From Marsupella aquatica (Eukaryota; Plantae; Marchantiophyta): a DNA stretch of 64,000 bases. A program made the translations under genes and the position numbers. Position 1 is the first letter of the stretch, and the number at the start of each line of letters is the position of its first letter. The notes below the pieces were generated by a model that ran no database searches, was not told the origin of the DNA, and saw only the letters and a list, made by a program, of their open reading frames with translations. This document shows, piece after piece, positions 12,150-26,600 of this stretch. Where the stretch lies: assembly GCA_973895155.1 (NCBI GenBank), contig OZ316895.1, forward strand, positions 3,583,659-3,647,658. Reading direction: 5' to 3'.

Positions 12150-12760
12150 CGTCTACTACCATAGTGTTAACTTGGTTTGCTATCTTTGATTGCAAAAGTA
12201 ATCTTGACTTAATTCCAGACTTTTTGCTCGTGGCAATTAACTTTCTTCCCAGCCAAAAAGTTATCATAACTTGCTTCCAGACTTTTGCAAGTGACAAATC
12301 AAAAACAATTCCCAGCCAACAAACTATTCAGAATGTGGCGGGTGGCCACTAAATTTTGTCCTGGCCGAAAAGATTTCTCAGTATTTTTTCCAAACTTGCA
12401 ATGATACCTATCCAAACATGTGTTTTCAGGCTGTATCAACAGAAAACCCTGTCCTGCTATAAAGCTTTCACTGGAAAAGAGTATGGGCAATTCAATGTGC
12501 ACACCATCTATGTTAAGCAACATCTGATCCCATCCATTGATCTCAGAAATTTGGCAATTCTTTTATGGTTCACTGGTCAAGCTATGGTCTTGACTCGCAC
12601 ACAGTTGTGTTTGTGTATAGATAGACATCCCCATTTGGAAAGCACTTTTCATGGGGATCCAAACTGTTGTTTAGCCCTGGCACACTATGTCTGGTATGTG
12701 AAACAACAGAAATTGTCTTTGGTAGGAAAGCAGCAAAATGGCTGGCCCCAAGTGTTTTTA
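12150..12760 (+). mobile_element. Possible decayed LINE ORF2 C-terminal (zf-RVT-like) fragment
   Basis: Translation LSWPKRFLSIFSKLAMIPIQTCVFRL...LALAHYVWYVKQQ loosely matches the W..RW..LW....WR and IW..RN patterns of L1 ORF2 C-termini. Confidence 0.3.
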
Positions 12761-13374
12761 TAAAGCCACCCCTAAGAGCATACAAAGGGCACTCGCCCTA
12801 GGAATCCAAAATGGAAGTGAAACCAAAAAGCACCAACGGGGCTTCAACCAGGTCTAACCCAAACATTGTATTAGCTTGCTTGGCAAAAGTTATTGAGAAG
12901 GATCATGAATAGCGAGATATCAGTCTGTGACAGGTTTGGTTGCCATCTTGCTGGAAGAATCAACTGACTCCTCAGCCGATCAATGTTAGCATGACACACT
13001 GCTCCCCCCACACCCCCCGCCGACCAAACCACCCCCATCCCCCCCCTTTCCCCGCGGCCCCCTTCCTTCTCTTTGAACTTCCTTCTTGGTTGAAGGTGCT
13101 TCCTTGTCAACCCTTGCACCTGCCTCGCCCCATTCAACTGGTCTGCCATTGACAAGTGAATTCAACATGTAAAACAGCTCTACAAAAAGCACTAGAGACC
13201 TTTTGCAGGATGTCATCACAAAAGTTGGAGCATGTATAAAAACGCCCCTTTCTGCTGATATGGCCAGGATGGTTGGAACTCTACTGTGTTTTGAGGAGTT
13301 TTGCATCATAAATGCGGAGGAGTAAGTTCCATTTAATTAATTCTCAATGTGTTAATAGGAAATATCAAGGGAAA

Positions 13375-14230
13375 TATTTAAGCATGTGTTTTTTGTGTCT
13401 CCTCGTTCTCTAGTTGCCTTGCAGGTCTAAACTAAAACTTAATCTGGGACTGGTATTCATCAAGTTATGGGCTCGAAACTCCCATAGACCACCAAAATTA
13501 ATGTGGTCCATGGGAGCACCATGTCCAACATGGTGGTCCATACTGGCTTCAGTTTTCTAGGAAAACTAAGATTTACTCTATTGCCATCTATTTTGGCATA
13601 ATACATACCTTCCCATTGATTTTTTTCTATTTATCACAATGCCACTATATTTGTTTGTGTTAAGAAAACTAAGAAACCTGGGTTAGCTCCCTGATGCAAT
13701 GCTTGTCATTGCACCCAATTGTGTGATTGGACGGCCCAGGTCTCCCTCAAGGTGACTATGACCACGCTTGGATCAGTTGACCGAGAGGTGGGTAGGGTGG
13801 TCCGGTCTTCCCATCCTATGCATGTAGCCTCTGTCCAAGGTCAACCTGTTCTTGTGCATAGCCTTGCCTGTTCCTATAGAGGTGGTCAAAGTCACCTTCA
13901 GGGAGACCAAAGCTGTCCAATTGTGGGACAAGGTGCAATGGAACGTGAGGGAGCTAACCCAGGTTATATATTTTTTATCCACAAAAGAAACAACATATTA
14001 TATTAGAATAAAAAAATATTTATGAAATATATATTTTTCCAAAAAAGAGAAAAATTCCCCCATATGGCACTCCATGTTGGACACAGAGTTCCAGTGGACC
14101 ATATTTTGATGGTCCATGGGAGTTTTGGGCTTATAATTTGATGATCATGAATTTTAAGATAATTTTTAGTTTTTCACCTGCAAGGCAACTAGAGAAGAAG
14201 GAGACATTAATAACACAAACCTTAATATCT
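13375..14230. mobile_element. Foldback/MITE-like element with long nested inverted repeats
   Basis: TTCTCTAGTTGCCTTGCAGGT (~13406) pairs with ACCTGCAAGGCAACTAGAGAA (~14176); AACCTGGGTTAGCTCCCT (~13675) pairs with AGGGAGCTAACCCAGGTT (~13948); GGTCTCCCT.AAGGTGACT pairs with AGTCACCTT.AGGGAGACC. Confidence 0.8.
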
Positions 14231-14434
14231 CATATAATTGCCCCAATGAAAATTTATCTAATAGAATTTAACCCCCCCCCCCCCCCACATTCCATGACAA
14301 ATAACTCAACCAAATTAATTGGCCACAAATTCACTCTCACTTTGATGGAGATATAACTTACCTACTCCTCTAGCACATCCGCACCCGACATCCTCAAAAC
14401 TAAAAAAATAAAATTAATGAATTCACAAACAATA

Positions 14435-14519
14435 AATTATTACAAGTAAACTCAAATTTTGAGAAATGTGGTCCATGGGGGTTTACATTTCTCAAAATTT
14501 GAGTTTACTTGTAATAATT
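14435..14519. repeat. Perfect hairpin with 35-bp arms and a 15-nt loop
   Basis: AATTATTACAAGTAAACTCAAATTTTGAGAAATGT (14435-14469) is the exact reverse complement of 14485-14519. Confidence 0.95.
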
Positions 14520-16293
14520 CATTTTGAAAAGACCAACCTAGTGGTACATGGGAGCATCAATAAGGCATCTCAATCCAGCTCATTCCCAGGGGTTTCATAC
14601 ATTGAAACTAGTGTGTACTTATAGCCTGATTACGGGTTCTTTGAACATGAATAGAGACAAGGATAGAAAAGTGTGGATCCTCAATGAGAACAGCTGACCA
14701 AAGTTTTTTCAAATAATTGAAATAGAGCTGGCTGTTTCATTGGAGCCCTTGACCTTCAATGACACAACTGTACTCTTCACAAGCGGCCTCCCTAATCCAT
14801 CAACTCTCTTCACATGCAGCCCCTACTCCACAGACTCTCTTCGCATGCAGCCCTTATTGCAAATGCGGTGCAGTACTCCCACCCCCATTCCCATTTTCAC
14901 CCCCACCTCTAATTTGATTATTGCCCATTAAGTAATTGAACATAAACAGAGACCACCACAATAAAGAATCCTGCAATAAAAAATGATTATAGTACTTTTG
15001 TTTATTTTTGCTTGTTTATTTTTGCTTGGTTGTCTCTATTTTTTGTCCAGATTTTCCTTATTGAGAGTTACTCCTCTAGAGGGTCATTGTACACACTAAC
15101 ACTCAAAAGTAGCTTTGCATTGTGCTTTATTGGCACTAGCTGCGACTACCAGTTTAAAGGAAAGAATGTGAGTAGAGGAGAGTACAATAAAATGTAACAA
15201 AAAAAAAATTATTCTCATTCTTGAAATATATTACTGAAATCATTCATTCATTCTACAAGCCTACACCCTCTCTAGTTTGCCCTTGGCGCTTTATAAGTAA
15301 GACAAGCCAGCCCATAGGGTGTCGGACCGGGGCATTTATGGGGTAGTGTGAGGAAACACATATGTGCTAGGGGTATCCATTTCCTCCATCAATAGTTAGG
15401 GAAAACATATATGTGCCAGGGGTGCCCATTTTCTCCATCAATGATCAGGGAAAAAAGCCAAACGAATCCAACGGCTCTGGATCTTTCACTCCGAAAAACT
15501 TTTTTGCATTGGGGACTAAAGAACATGGGATCCCGATATGGCGCCCCAGGTGTGAGAGGAGTGATCTTACTCCCTGCCCCTTGGCCATGGAACCTAGCCC
15601 TGTGAGAGTGGCCCCGCGCTCCGAGTGGCGCGGCGAAAACTCGCAGGGGGTTTCGTCGTTCTCCCTGTTTCTTCTCCATCTGCGATGTTGTCAACCTCTC
15701 CTTTTTGCATCATATTGTGCTCTCGTCTCCGTTGCTCTCTGCTGGATTTTCGTCTCACCGATGAGCGTTGCTGCCCTTCAGTCTTGCAGATGCCGTGCTG
15801 AAACAACGAACAACGATGCGTACGTGAAAAATCTGGAAATCCGATCTGCTCAGGAAATCGGATCTGCTCAGGAACTTAGTTTTCATATTTCGTTCCACTT
15901 TCGCAAGCCCTGCAGATCTTCGTCGATATTCCTGTGATTAGTCAATCGAATCTTCTCGGTCACGGACGGTAGGTGACTTTTGCGCATTGATTCTTGTGTA
16001 AGCAAATTGGTCAAACTGGCAGATCAATTTCATTACGAGAAATTTGTTCCGGGGAGTTATGTATTGATTGACCTTTCGGAATTTCTGATCTCTGAGCAGT
16101 CAGTCAATCAGTCGGTTAATGCACTCGATCTGTCGGTGAGCAAACACGGACGGGAGGCGTTACTTTTTTCTTTCGTTCTGTTCCGAACAATTGTTCATTT
16201 CTCTTAGGGATTCGTTCTCTGGTCGGTCTTCAGGGACTCCATCTACATTGCAGTGAATGTGGAGAGTGAGCTCGTCGTAAGCAGAGACAGAAC

Positions 16294-19070
16294 ATGGCGG
16301 ACGTAGTGTCTCGAGGATGGGAGCGTTATCTGGACTTACTTCAGGAGTATCCATTGCGGACGAAGGTATAATAGTGATTCCCTGCCCTAGCCTAGCACAG
16401 CTTACGAGCATAGTCCTGTTGATCTGACAGCTCCTTCGATATGATTTGTCATTATTATCGTTTCCCTGGAGAAGCGATGCGGTATACGCCCTTCGCCTCC
16501 TGCCTTGCCTTCAGTGGCGGATACTGCCTCGGACATGTCTCTTTACGCCGTCTGTATGTGACATTCATAATGTCTGTTGTCCTTTGTCATCAAGTTTGTC
16601 GGTCAGGACTATGATGACAGGAATTGGAGCAGAATTTGAACTGAAGGAAATTGAATTCAAAAGACAGGGATCTGATTTGATAGGGAGCTTGTAGTTGTTG
16701 TGAATTTTGAGGAGAAGGGTGCCAATCATCATATCCGTGGGAAATTGGTCTTGTTGAGATTAATTATCGAAGCGAATTGGACCTTCCTCAGCTTGTTGTG
16801 GTGATCTTAGGTTTGAAGCTTAGATTCTTTGGTTTTGTTGTCACGGAAAAACCTCAACTAGGTCCATTCATTGGGCACCGAGATTGATTACTACTTCTGC
16901 GAGAAAGTGGTAAGAAAGTGGAACACTGCTGTCGTCCTGTGGCGTGAGTGTTTGAGATGTTAGTCACATCCTGTCTTGCGAGTGAGGAATTGATGTCAGC
17001 AATACTGAATTGCCGATGATCTACTGCCCTGCTTTGCCACGACACCCGAAGCTAATGTGTGGTCTCCTACTTATCTTGGAATTGGGTTTGATCTTGCAAT
17101 AAAATCTTGTGCCCAGATGATCACGGCAGGAGCGCTAGCAGGAACTAGTGATTTGTTGTCTCAGAAAATTGCGGGAGCGAAGTCCTTCGATTACAGACGC
17201 GCTGTTCTCATGATGGTCAGTAGAAACTTATCTCCTACCTGTCTTGTCAGCTGATCTTCCCATTCATGGCAAGGAGAGGCTGCATGTTGTCTTGTCTGGA
17301 TCTTGAACCAGGCAATCTTCATTCAGACGACGTAAATGTATTAGCTACATGTTCTCCTCTCGATGAGTGGGAGCCAACATTTCCATAGGGTCTGAGTGAA
17401 GCCTGGTTGGTTCTCCTTGGGTCGTAGCCATACCGTGACGCTGTCAGTTGACATTTCTCAATCCACTCCCAAGAGTGGAAAGTGCACCTTGTGTTCCCAC
17501 CCCTTGCAGATGTTAAAATTTGGTACTTGCAAAATTGAAATGCTCATATTCAAGCAAGGTGAATAGGGCTTCCAATAACCAGAAAGGGTGCTTCCACTTT
17601 TGCCCTTCAAATCATTCCTGGGACAGAGGTGAAACCATTTGTGCTCACTTTTGGTGCTCTCGGTAAATAATTTTATCTTCTAATTGTTTTGGTCAGCTTT
17701 ATGGTCTGCTGTACGGAGGGCCATTTGGGCATTATTGGCACAAATTGATGGATCGAATTTTTGCTGGCAGCAAAAAAGATAGCACCACTCTTGTAAAAAA
17801 GGTATGCACTACGTACGTGTTCTTCCGAAACACGAGGAAGTCCTGAGCTTTTTGCCGGATATGTTCTGCTTTGTCGTCAGTAGCTTCAGTTCGAATTACT
17901 TGGGTCGACTTATTCGTTAAATGATGAAAGGATATAATTGTGGTCTTCCACATGAAGCGTTCCTCCTACACTTCAAAAGACCTGGCCAAAAAATATACCG
18001 TTACATTTTCTCTCACCCTATGTCTGCAATTTTAGGACAGGGATATTGAATGTGTTAAACCTGAGCGTTACGAGTAACATTTACGAAGGGAAGTATGTTT
18101 GCAGGTGGTCGTGGAGCAGTTAACGGCAAATCCTTGGAACAACTTGTTTTACATGTGCTACTTAGGATTTCTGATTGAAGGTGAGAGCAAGTTTTTTCCT
18201 TGGAAGACGATTATGTTGGTTTCTGCGAGTGCCAGCTTTTTTCGTGGACTTCATGGATTGCCTTCTACGGCCTTTGATCAATTATTCCGTGCAAGATCTA
18301 CACGAAAGTGACAATCATTTAGGGTCCTCGTGTAACATGGTGGAGGTCTTCATTTGAGGTAATGAGTAGGGTTTACTACTGCGGAACTAAAGCACAAACG
18401 GGGGTTGAAGACTTATAACATTTTCGAGGTGTACAGGAAGAACGTCGACTTCCATGAAGAGCAAGCTTGAATCTGATTTTCCTGGCGTGCAACTCAACTC
18501 ATGGAGGGTTCGACTTTCTCTCCCTGGTCTTGCTTCATTTTTCTCCCAAGGTGCCTCATGCAGTGGGAGTTGTGGAAATTTCTCGGATCAAAGGAATTCA
18601 TTTTTAGGGTCAAAGCACAGGAATCAGAAGCTGAGGTCCAGAACTGACTGCTAGGTTCTTTTTAGGTCTTCTGTGTTAAGGCATAATCTTTGTGCTGTGG
18701 CTTGTTGAATGTTGCAGTTCTGGCCAATTGTCTCAGTGATTAATTACAAATATATCCCCCTAAATTTGCGGGTGCTGGTTGCTAATTTGGCTGCCGTGTG
18801 CTGGTAAGTTCGTTAACTTTGGAGAAACATGCAGTTTAAACGTATCTAAAAACTACTTTAAGGTTACAGCTTTGCCAAAGTGGAATTTCAGAGTAAGGGA
18901 CTCCCAGTACACCAGTTGTAACCCAACCTTCGTGCATGTATATTGTTTTCAATATTTATTCTCATACGGATTGGTGTATGCATGGCAGGGCAAATTTTGT
19001 CAAGTGGAGGGTCCTTTCTAGTGCCAAGGTCCAAGTTGTGAATTCAGGGGTACTGAAGAAATCCCTTTGA
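16294..19070 (+). CDS. PMP22: Peroxisomal membrane protein PMP22 (Mpv17/PMP22 family), 7 coding exons
   Basis: GT-AG exons 16294-16365, 17117-17215, 17697-17801, 18105-18180, 18437-18507, 18718-18803 and 18989-19070 give YLDLLQEYPLRTKMITAGALAGTSDLLSQK...GGPFGHYWHKLMD...KKVVVEQL...WRFWPIVSVINYKYIPLNLRVL. A probable 5'UTR intron lies at 15969-16207. Confidence 0.93.
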
Positions 19071-20646
19071 GGTCCAGAGCATGTGTACTATCGCCATGGC
19101 ATCTAAATCGGAAATAGGTTGGCACTCGACAACAGCTAACTCGAGAATTGAAACGCAAAAGCTAACATCCTCTGCTACTCAATTCCTTGTACCATATGGA
19201 ACGGTTATTTAAGTTATTTATGCGCATAGGACTATCCGGGACTAGACTGCTAACCTTCCAGTTGAATATATGGCTTGTTGACCAGTCTTCTTGTCATCAT
19301 TAGTCGATGGCATATGCTGCAAGCTTGATTCTCATTCATTGTATATTAACATAAGGGTCATAGGAGAGGAATGTTTTAGATTGGTTTAAACAATATGCAT
19401 GTGAATTCCGATTTCATCCTGAAGTTCAATTTGAGACACTTATATCAAGTTAAAGGGAACCGGTGAGCGCTTAGTAGCTTTGTGATTGGACTCAGAGCAT
19501 CAAAGATAATTGGAACTTCTTGTAAAAGACAGGTCGTCTGCAAAAGAAATACAAAGGCTACAGTATGCATGCTGAACAAGGCTGAGGTCCAAAAGCAGGA
19601 TGTATGCGTGTGTAAGACGGATGGATACGTATGGAATTCCATCCTCGCAACACATTCTCACTGAATAAAGGACTTGAGTCCTGTTCATAGGAGGCAAAAC
19701 AATGCCTTTCTTGGACGTCAAGCCAGCGGAGTTACAGGGATAGTTGAGTGTAAAAGAATATTTATCATAAATCCCACCCACCTAATTCTTCTCAAAGTTT
19801 GGAGGTGTTCTGATATCTGGAGCTGTATTCTGTGTCCGGACCCCTCAAGTTTATAGTGTTGTTGGGATGCGTTATGGAAATCCCGACTTTATGGTGTTGT
19901 TGTGCCTGGTAAATGCCCTACTCTCTTCTTTTCTTAGTAGTTTTTTTTTTTTTGTGGAGGGGCTGTAGGTCCCCAAGTCTCATCATCCCCAGCAAGTTTC
20001 TTAGAACCTCAGAATTTCAAAATTTTATGTTAAGAAAGAGTGTCGGGGGTTAAGCCTGCTAACCCACCAATGGCATGTTCAGGGGCCCCCTTGGGCTCAC
20101 CCCCCTCTGAGATTTAGCCCATAACCTTCTCCAGGCCTACCCAGTACATGTCATGGCGCCATGCTGGGTTAATCCTAATTTTGCGATGTTGTCTGGACGT
20201 GTCATGGAGCTCCATTTGATTGATTCCTGCGGCCCAACCAGTCCCTGGGGGGCAGCAGTCGAACATTTCTCGGTCTATGATGATGCCGAACATGTGCGAG
20301 CAGGATGATGAAGGCTGATTTCGGGGTGGGGAAGGGCAAGTTTTGGAGGCTCTGTCACATAGAATAGGGCAAAAGGGCCACATTGCAGCAAAAAAAGTCC
20401 ATGGGGCCAAAGAAATTTATTAACCAGAGGAAAACAATCAAATGATGTGCAAGACAGCAAAAGCCCATCGCTTCACGTATCCTGCACTCAATTTCAGTCC
20501 CATTGGGACCTTGCCTCTTATAAATTTGGGTGTATAGAACACAATTTCAATATTGAGATCAAATCTCTGGAACAAGAGAAAATGACAAGGAATCTGATGC
20601 ATTCCGGTTTCACACAGGCTAGTTTGGCTCCTCAAGGCCTGTGGCC

Positions 20647-23627
20647 TTACTGTGTTTTCGATTTGATTGTCTGGCGACACCAGGTAGCAGTTGCAGGATC
20701 AAGACGCAACTCCCACGTTGGCCAATAGTGGAGGTCTTGCTTCAGGGTCAAGACCCTTGGCTTTCCATTCAAATGTACTGTTTTCACACGAACAAATGCA
20801 CCGTGCTCTACTTCCTGACCACAAAATCGGAAAGGGTTACTCAGTCTCGCAGCAGGGTCTACTAGAATTTACAGACACTAAGTGCTCAGCTTGTCCTTAG
20901 TGATGTGTCGTAAGGGCACCTTATTTCTAGTAATTTATTAATTTCCATACTTAGCAATTGCAACTATGATGGTAACCTAAGAAACTCGAGCATCATCGAC
21001 TTGTCAAGAAAGAAATCACCTCTTACTGACGTGACTTTCTAGAAAGTACTGCATCCACTGCAGACATCTATAGAAATCGAAATTTGCATGTTTACAGCAG
21101 CATCACAATACAGCAGAATACTTCATTCAGACTCATGACGCTCAAAGACAAGGAGATTAGGATAAAAGCTGAATCTGGTACGAGAGTGGAGGAAAGTATT
21201 ACCTGAGTCACATCTACAAATGCTTGCAAGTCGGGGGTTGGCTTGCCATTCACTTCTACAATCCATTGAAGTGCGTACAACCCATATCGATGAACAGGGC
21301 TTCCATGGCACCACCTACGCCAGAGAGAAAGGCCGATTTTCAGCTTAAATTAGTAATCGTACAAGGCGAAGGATGCTGGGAGAAGGCACAAAGTAGTGCA
21401 TGCCACAACCCACCTTGCCACATAAACTCCATGCCCCTCTTCAGGAAGAAACCCCAGAGCACGAACTGCAGAATGAGGATCCTGCACAACACACCCCGCC
21501 CAATTTACCATCCTCATTGTCCCAAAGCCGTCACGTACATCCGTCTCAACAAGAAGCTCCATCTCCACGCCCTGCCATCATTCAAGAAAAGTATTAAATC
21601 ATAGATCAGAAAGTAAAGATGAAAGACAATACCTCTATCGACGGACAAAAAGATTTATCACCCACCAATGGACTACGACTGTAAGAGATTTATCACCTGC
21701 CGAAAAATTGTGACTTTCAGAGCTCCACCAAGGTCACTTCGATTTTCCTCTGCATGCTGACAGGCATATTCCACATCCCGAAAGCAGGTAACGGGCTCCC
21801 CACTAATTGCGAGTACCATATCACCTTGCTCAAGAACTCCATGTGCCTTGGACCCAGCCAGGCACCCTTTGACTCGAAGGACTTGTCTTCTTACTGGATC
21901 TTTTTTCGCCAAGCACTGTAAAATATTCAAGCTCATAGCTTAGTTCTCCAGCCATTTGCAAAATCCAACAGGTCGGATTTCCAGGTCAAGGGTAAATGAA
22001 CTGGAATCCCACACAAACTCCGTTACAAGGTGTTCGTGAAGGACATGCTATGGTACAATAAATGCTTTCCAAGGAACCAAAACCTACTCTAAGTCGGGTA
22101 TGAGACACGTGATAGTTGTATTTTTAATGATTCATTCATGAAAGAGCCAAGTTCCAGGTTCTACGCTCAGTTCCATTGGTCTCTAAAACTTCCCACTATG
22201 AAATAAGCCAAATTGTAATAAATATCATTTCAAAGACGTAGACAATACTGCATTAGAAACTAAATTCACTGTACCTGAACCCATTTATCGCTTAACCCAA
22301 AGCTGCGAGCTTTTGACAGTAGTGTAGGATACAGTTCCACCTCCAGGATTCGGAGTAAAGGCATAGTTCTCTTCACACCGTTTATCAGTAAATGTGGCCC
22401 ACCAGGAGAGCCATGAAGAATTTTATCCAAGACGTCCTTGATTGTGTAAATGGGTATCCCGCGGACAAATTGATGATCTTCTGGAGAGCCGTCACCAAAC
22501 TTCACCTGAAGACACATGTAGGGATGAGATTTCTTTCTACCCTTCCCCTTGCCTTTCCTCTTCAAATTCACCTGAGAACACGTGTGGAGATGAGTTCACC
22601 CCTTTCTCTTTGCCTCATTCATTCCCTCCCTTATCTCTGATGAGAAATGACTGTAAGGGTCCAAAGCCCACAAGCATCTTGATCATGATGCGCAGAAACA
22701 AGATGAGAGAATATTCCATTTGAAATCGAACTGGCATATGAACTAGGACCCTATCCATCTAGTTTGCTGCGCCCCTCTTACATATGGACGACCAAGATGT
22801 CTCCCTCTAAAAATGAAGGCCCGTGATCCTTGACATTCTTTCTCAGTGGTATTTGTTTGATTTTTAGATCACAACTTGAACAACTTGACAGATGCCAGAA
22901 CTTCACGTCCAAGGGAGATGGGGGGAATCCTTTCTCTCAGCGTCTAATGGTTTCAGAAAGGGACGGGACATATACTGACCTCCTGTGAGTTCCACAAACT
23001 TCTATCGTGTTAGGACATGACGACGGACCCGTAATTCATTATCAGCTTCAGGTGAGAAAAACCGTTAGAACATATTGGTTCCTTAGCATATGATAAGCAC
23101 TTAGGTCTTTTTCGCTAAGCGTGTCTCCGAAGGCTTAATACAAGTAGTGGATTAGGGCATATAAGTTGACCTCTATGCATACTAAGAGGACAACACTACT
23201 GAAACGTGGCCGTTGGAGTACCACAACAGATTAGACTGCCAAATCTTGTTAGGCTTTATGCACAATCCGTGACCTGAATAATATAAAATGAAAACATGAG
23301 ACATGTACCTGTGTTGAAAAGCTTGCCCACAATGCCCGTACCCTTCCAAGCTCATCAGCAAGAACACCCGAGAATGAGTGACCAAAATCTGTGAGAAGTT
23401 CTCATTAGAACAGTATTCCGAGCAACTGCACAGTTGTTCGGTGCCTCTATGATTCACTTTCAAAGTCTCAATTAGCGCCAGCGCATTAAGGGATAAAAAG
23501 CTCAAGTGGCTAAACAAGACGAGTATCATACGCCAAGAAAGTAAAAATAATAGAAGCGAGGTTTCATACTAGCCTTCGATACCAGTGATCAATCCACTTC
23601 ATCATTATAGAAGGTGAAGCTTTGTTG

Positions 23628-23675
<48 letters not shown>

Positions 23676-26600
23676 TGAAAATTGAAGCATTTAATCCAGC
23701 AGTTTGGTTTCATCCCGCATCAACCCGGTCTCTAGGCTCTATTACTACTAAACTCAAATCGAGAGCAGCCAAACAAGAAAAATGATTAATCAACAGGTCC
23801 CGGCAGAAAGCACCATTCACCTGTGTCGAGCTCAATGACCTCCAGATTCATGGCACGGTACCGTGGACAATCCGCAGCACCCACATTCAATGCAGCTCCT
23901 GGATTCGTGACAATTGATTTTCTTGAGGTTGCTTGTAGACTCCGACTCAGGCCAATCAAGTGTACAGCATCACCTCGGTGCAACGCTGGCTCTGATGACA
24001 AGTTACAGGGGAAAGGTCAGAAAGATCCCGGATACCAGTCCGCAAGTTCTATCAATCTCTACCATATACTGACCGTATGACATGCTCTAAACAGTGGCTA
24101 GTAATCAATGAAATGTGGAAGGATGGAGGGACGTCATACAAGGTCGACAAATCACATCGCCTAATGGGTGTTTGTTTCTATCTGGAGTCTAAGACTGACT
24201 TTGCCTTAGCATATTAAAGTTTCAGAGTCATGAGAAGGGATGTATGCCTGTTGAAGATCCTTCTTTAACAGTCATTGCACGCCTCTACAGTAAAACATTT
24301 TTCTCACCCCCACAAAACGCCTGGCCAGCTTCAACGGCAACTACAGTCTCATCCATACCAACCCTACAGCCATCAGCCTAGATGTTTCAAGAACGCTCAG
24401 TCTACATAATGGCTTTTCACATAGTGGCCTTCACTGCCCTCACATTACCCCAAACTCTGAACTATCGGATAGTATTTCAGAAAAGTAACTACTCTTCGCG
24501 CGTTATTCGAACCAGTCCTTACTTCACTAAGACCTTACTTGAGCAAAAGACATTTGTAATTTTAATAGTACCCAAACAGAACACATTGGACTCGGTCACC
24601 ACAGGTGAATATTTAGCCCGGAAAGCATGAAAGAACGACCTGTGAGCAGTACAACTGCTTTGACTGCCGCGATTCCGGCTGGACCAAGCGCAGACGGATC
24701 ATAGGCAACAATAGCAAAGTTGTGAACGGGATGCAGAAAAACGACCTGGAATGGAACACCTTTTGTCAAATGAACCATTTGTAGGGGCAAAAATATACAG
24801 GAAATGGCAACGTAAGACAAGAAATGGCACATCTATTTGTGAACAAAAGCCAGAACCCATAATTGACAGCCCAGGTCATGAGAAAATCGACAAAACAAAC
24901 CTCCGCAGGAATTTCGATTGGATATGCAGCAAACGCCAGCATTACATCTGACACTGAGATAGCGACTGTGTTTTTGTCCACAACCACCAGGCCCAAGTCT
25001 TGCGAGTGATGTATAATAACACCTGTGCCAAAAAAGTGTTGAGAATGTACCCCATCGAGCATAGCAGAGGGAGGTACATGAACCTGCAAATTAGGCGTCC
25101 ACATGTGGTGTATCAGGGATTTAGTGGCAGGGGAACTTACAAATAGTGAGAGGATAGCTATGTCTTATTTGAAGGTCTTTTATAAAAGCAAAAGCAAAAC
25201 TTTAGTGTTCTCAAATTAAAAATTACTAGCATATTCTCACCTCTATCATAACCAAGGTTGGCTCAATAACATGCAGTGAAGCACTGGACCCAAGTGCTCC
25301 CCCTTCCCCTTCTCCACCTTGTGAGACATCCACGTTTCCATTAGCAGGGTGCGTAGTGAGTTCAATCCTTCTAGCAGGGCTATCAGCTGTCGAACTATCA
25401 TCTTCCATCAGTTCGTGTACGCGGCGTCTCTTGGATTCGATCCTCCCAAGGTCACCCTCATTTGCCTGACCACCCTGGACAGCAGAGCCAAACACCTCCC
25501 CATTTTGCACACCAGGGCTTACTTCACCAGAATCTCTTCCAGCAACACTGATCAACCGAGATAACTCACCCTCAACTGCACCAGATTCTCCAACTAGTGA
25601 TGCAGTGGGCTCGAGAGATCCATCTTTTCCATCAAAAGGAATAGTAGCTGAAGGTAGTACACTTGGAGGTGTTTGAATCGCTGGCTTTGAGTGCCACAGG
25701 CCAGTTGTGTCATCGCGGCTATATATGCGCGGAGGAGCATACCACTGGTGCCTGTCAACGGTCACAAGAACAGACTGCAGAACGGCCAAGCATGCCAAAT
25801 TTCACGTATCAGAAAACTGAATGAATACCTGTTGAAAACCAGTGAACAGAAAATTTCGCAAAACACAGCAGCATGACACCGTCACATGTGACTTTAGCTG
25901 GAGGCAGGAATTTCCCTTAGCCAACATACCAAGTGCCACAAAACCCCTTTAGATCATTGAGGCCTTTAATCTGGATAAATTGTCTTCCCTCAATTCCTTG
26001 ACATTCATTATGAAGTTCGATAGGGAATGAAGATTACGGTTTAGGGTTAGGGTCCGCAGCCAGGTTGTCTTCTTCTAGTCCTTAAACAACGCCTACATTC
26101 TAATATTATTGATAGTTAGGCACCATACTATTGATGTTTGTTTACACCATAGATACTTGCGAGGAGATAGCCATTGGCACACATTTTCAGAAGATACATG
26201 ATTTGGCAGCAATGTACCTTGCTCCTGTGGCGATCTGCATATGTCATGAATTCTAGTGGAACACGCGCTCCTCTGGACAATGTCGCAAATACAGAAATGA
26301 AAGTTTCTATGTTGGAAATATCTTGGCCTGCCACCTTCTTGATAATAGCATGCTTGGGTACCCCTGCTCGGGAAAGCATATACCTGCCGATTGGGACTTC
26401 CGGTCAGTCAAAGAACTTGAGAACTATTCTGAATTTCAGTATCTGATGAACCGAAAGTAGGGGATATAGGACCCCTTATGAATGGGTACTCCACTCAAGA
26501 TTGGATCCATACCATTCTCAGATTAGCTATGTCAAACAAGATAGCAGACTTAATCAAACTTTTTCAGCGACTCATTTTAATGACCTTTCGGCCTAGATGT

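Noticed and set aside
19059-19070. Possible PTS1 at the PMP22 C-terminus
   Set aside because: The terminus is KSL, not SKL, and PMP22 family proteins use membrane targeting signals
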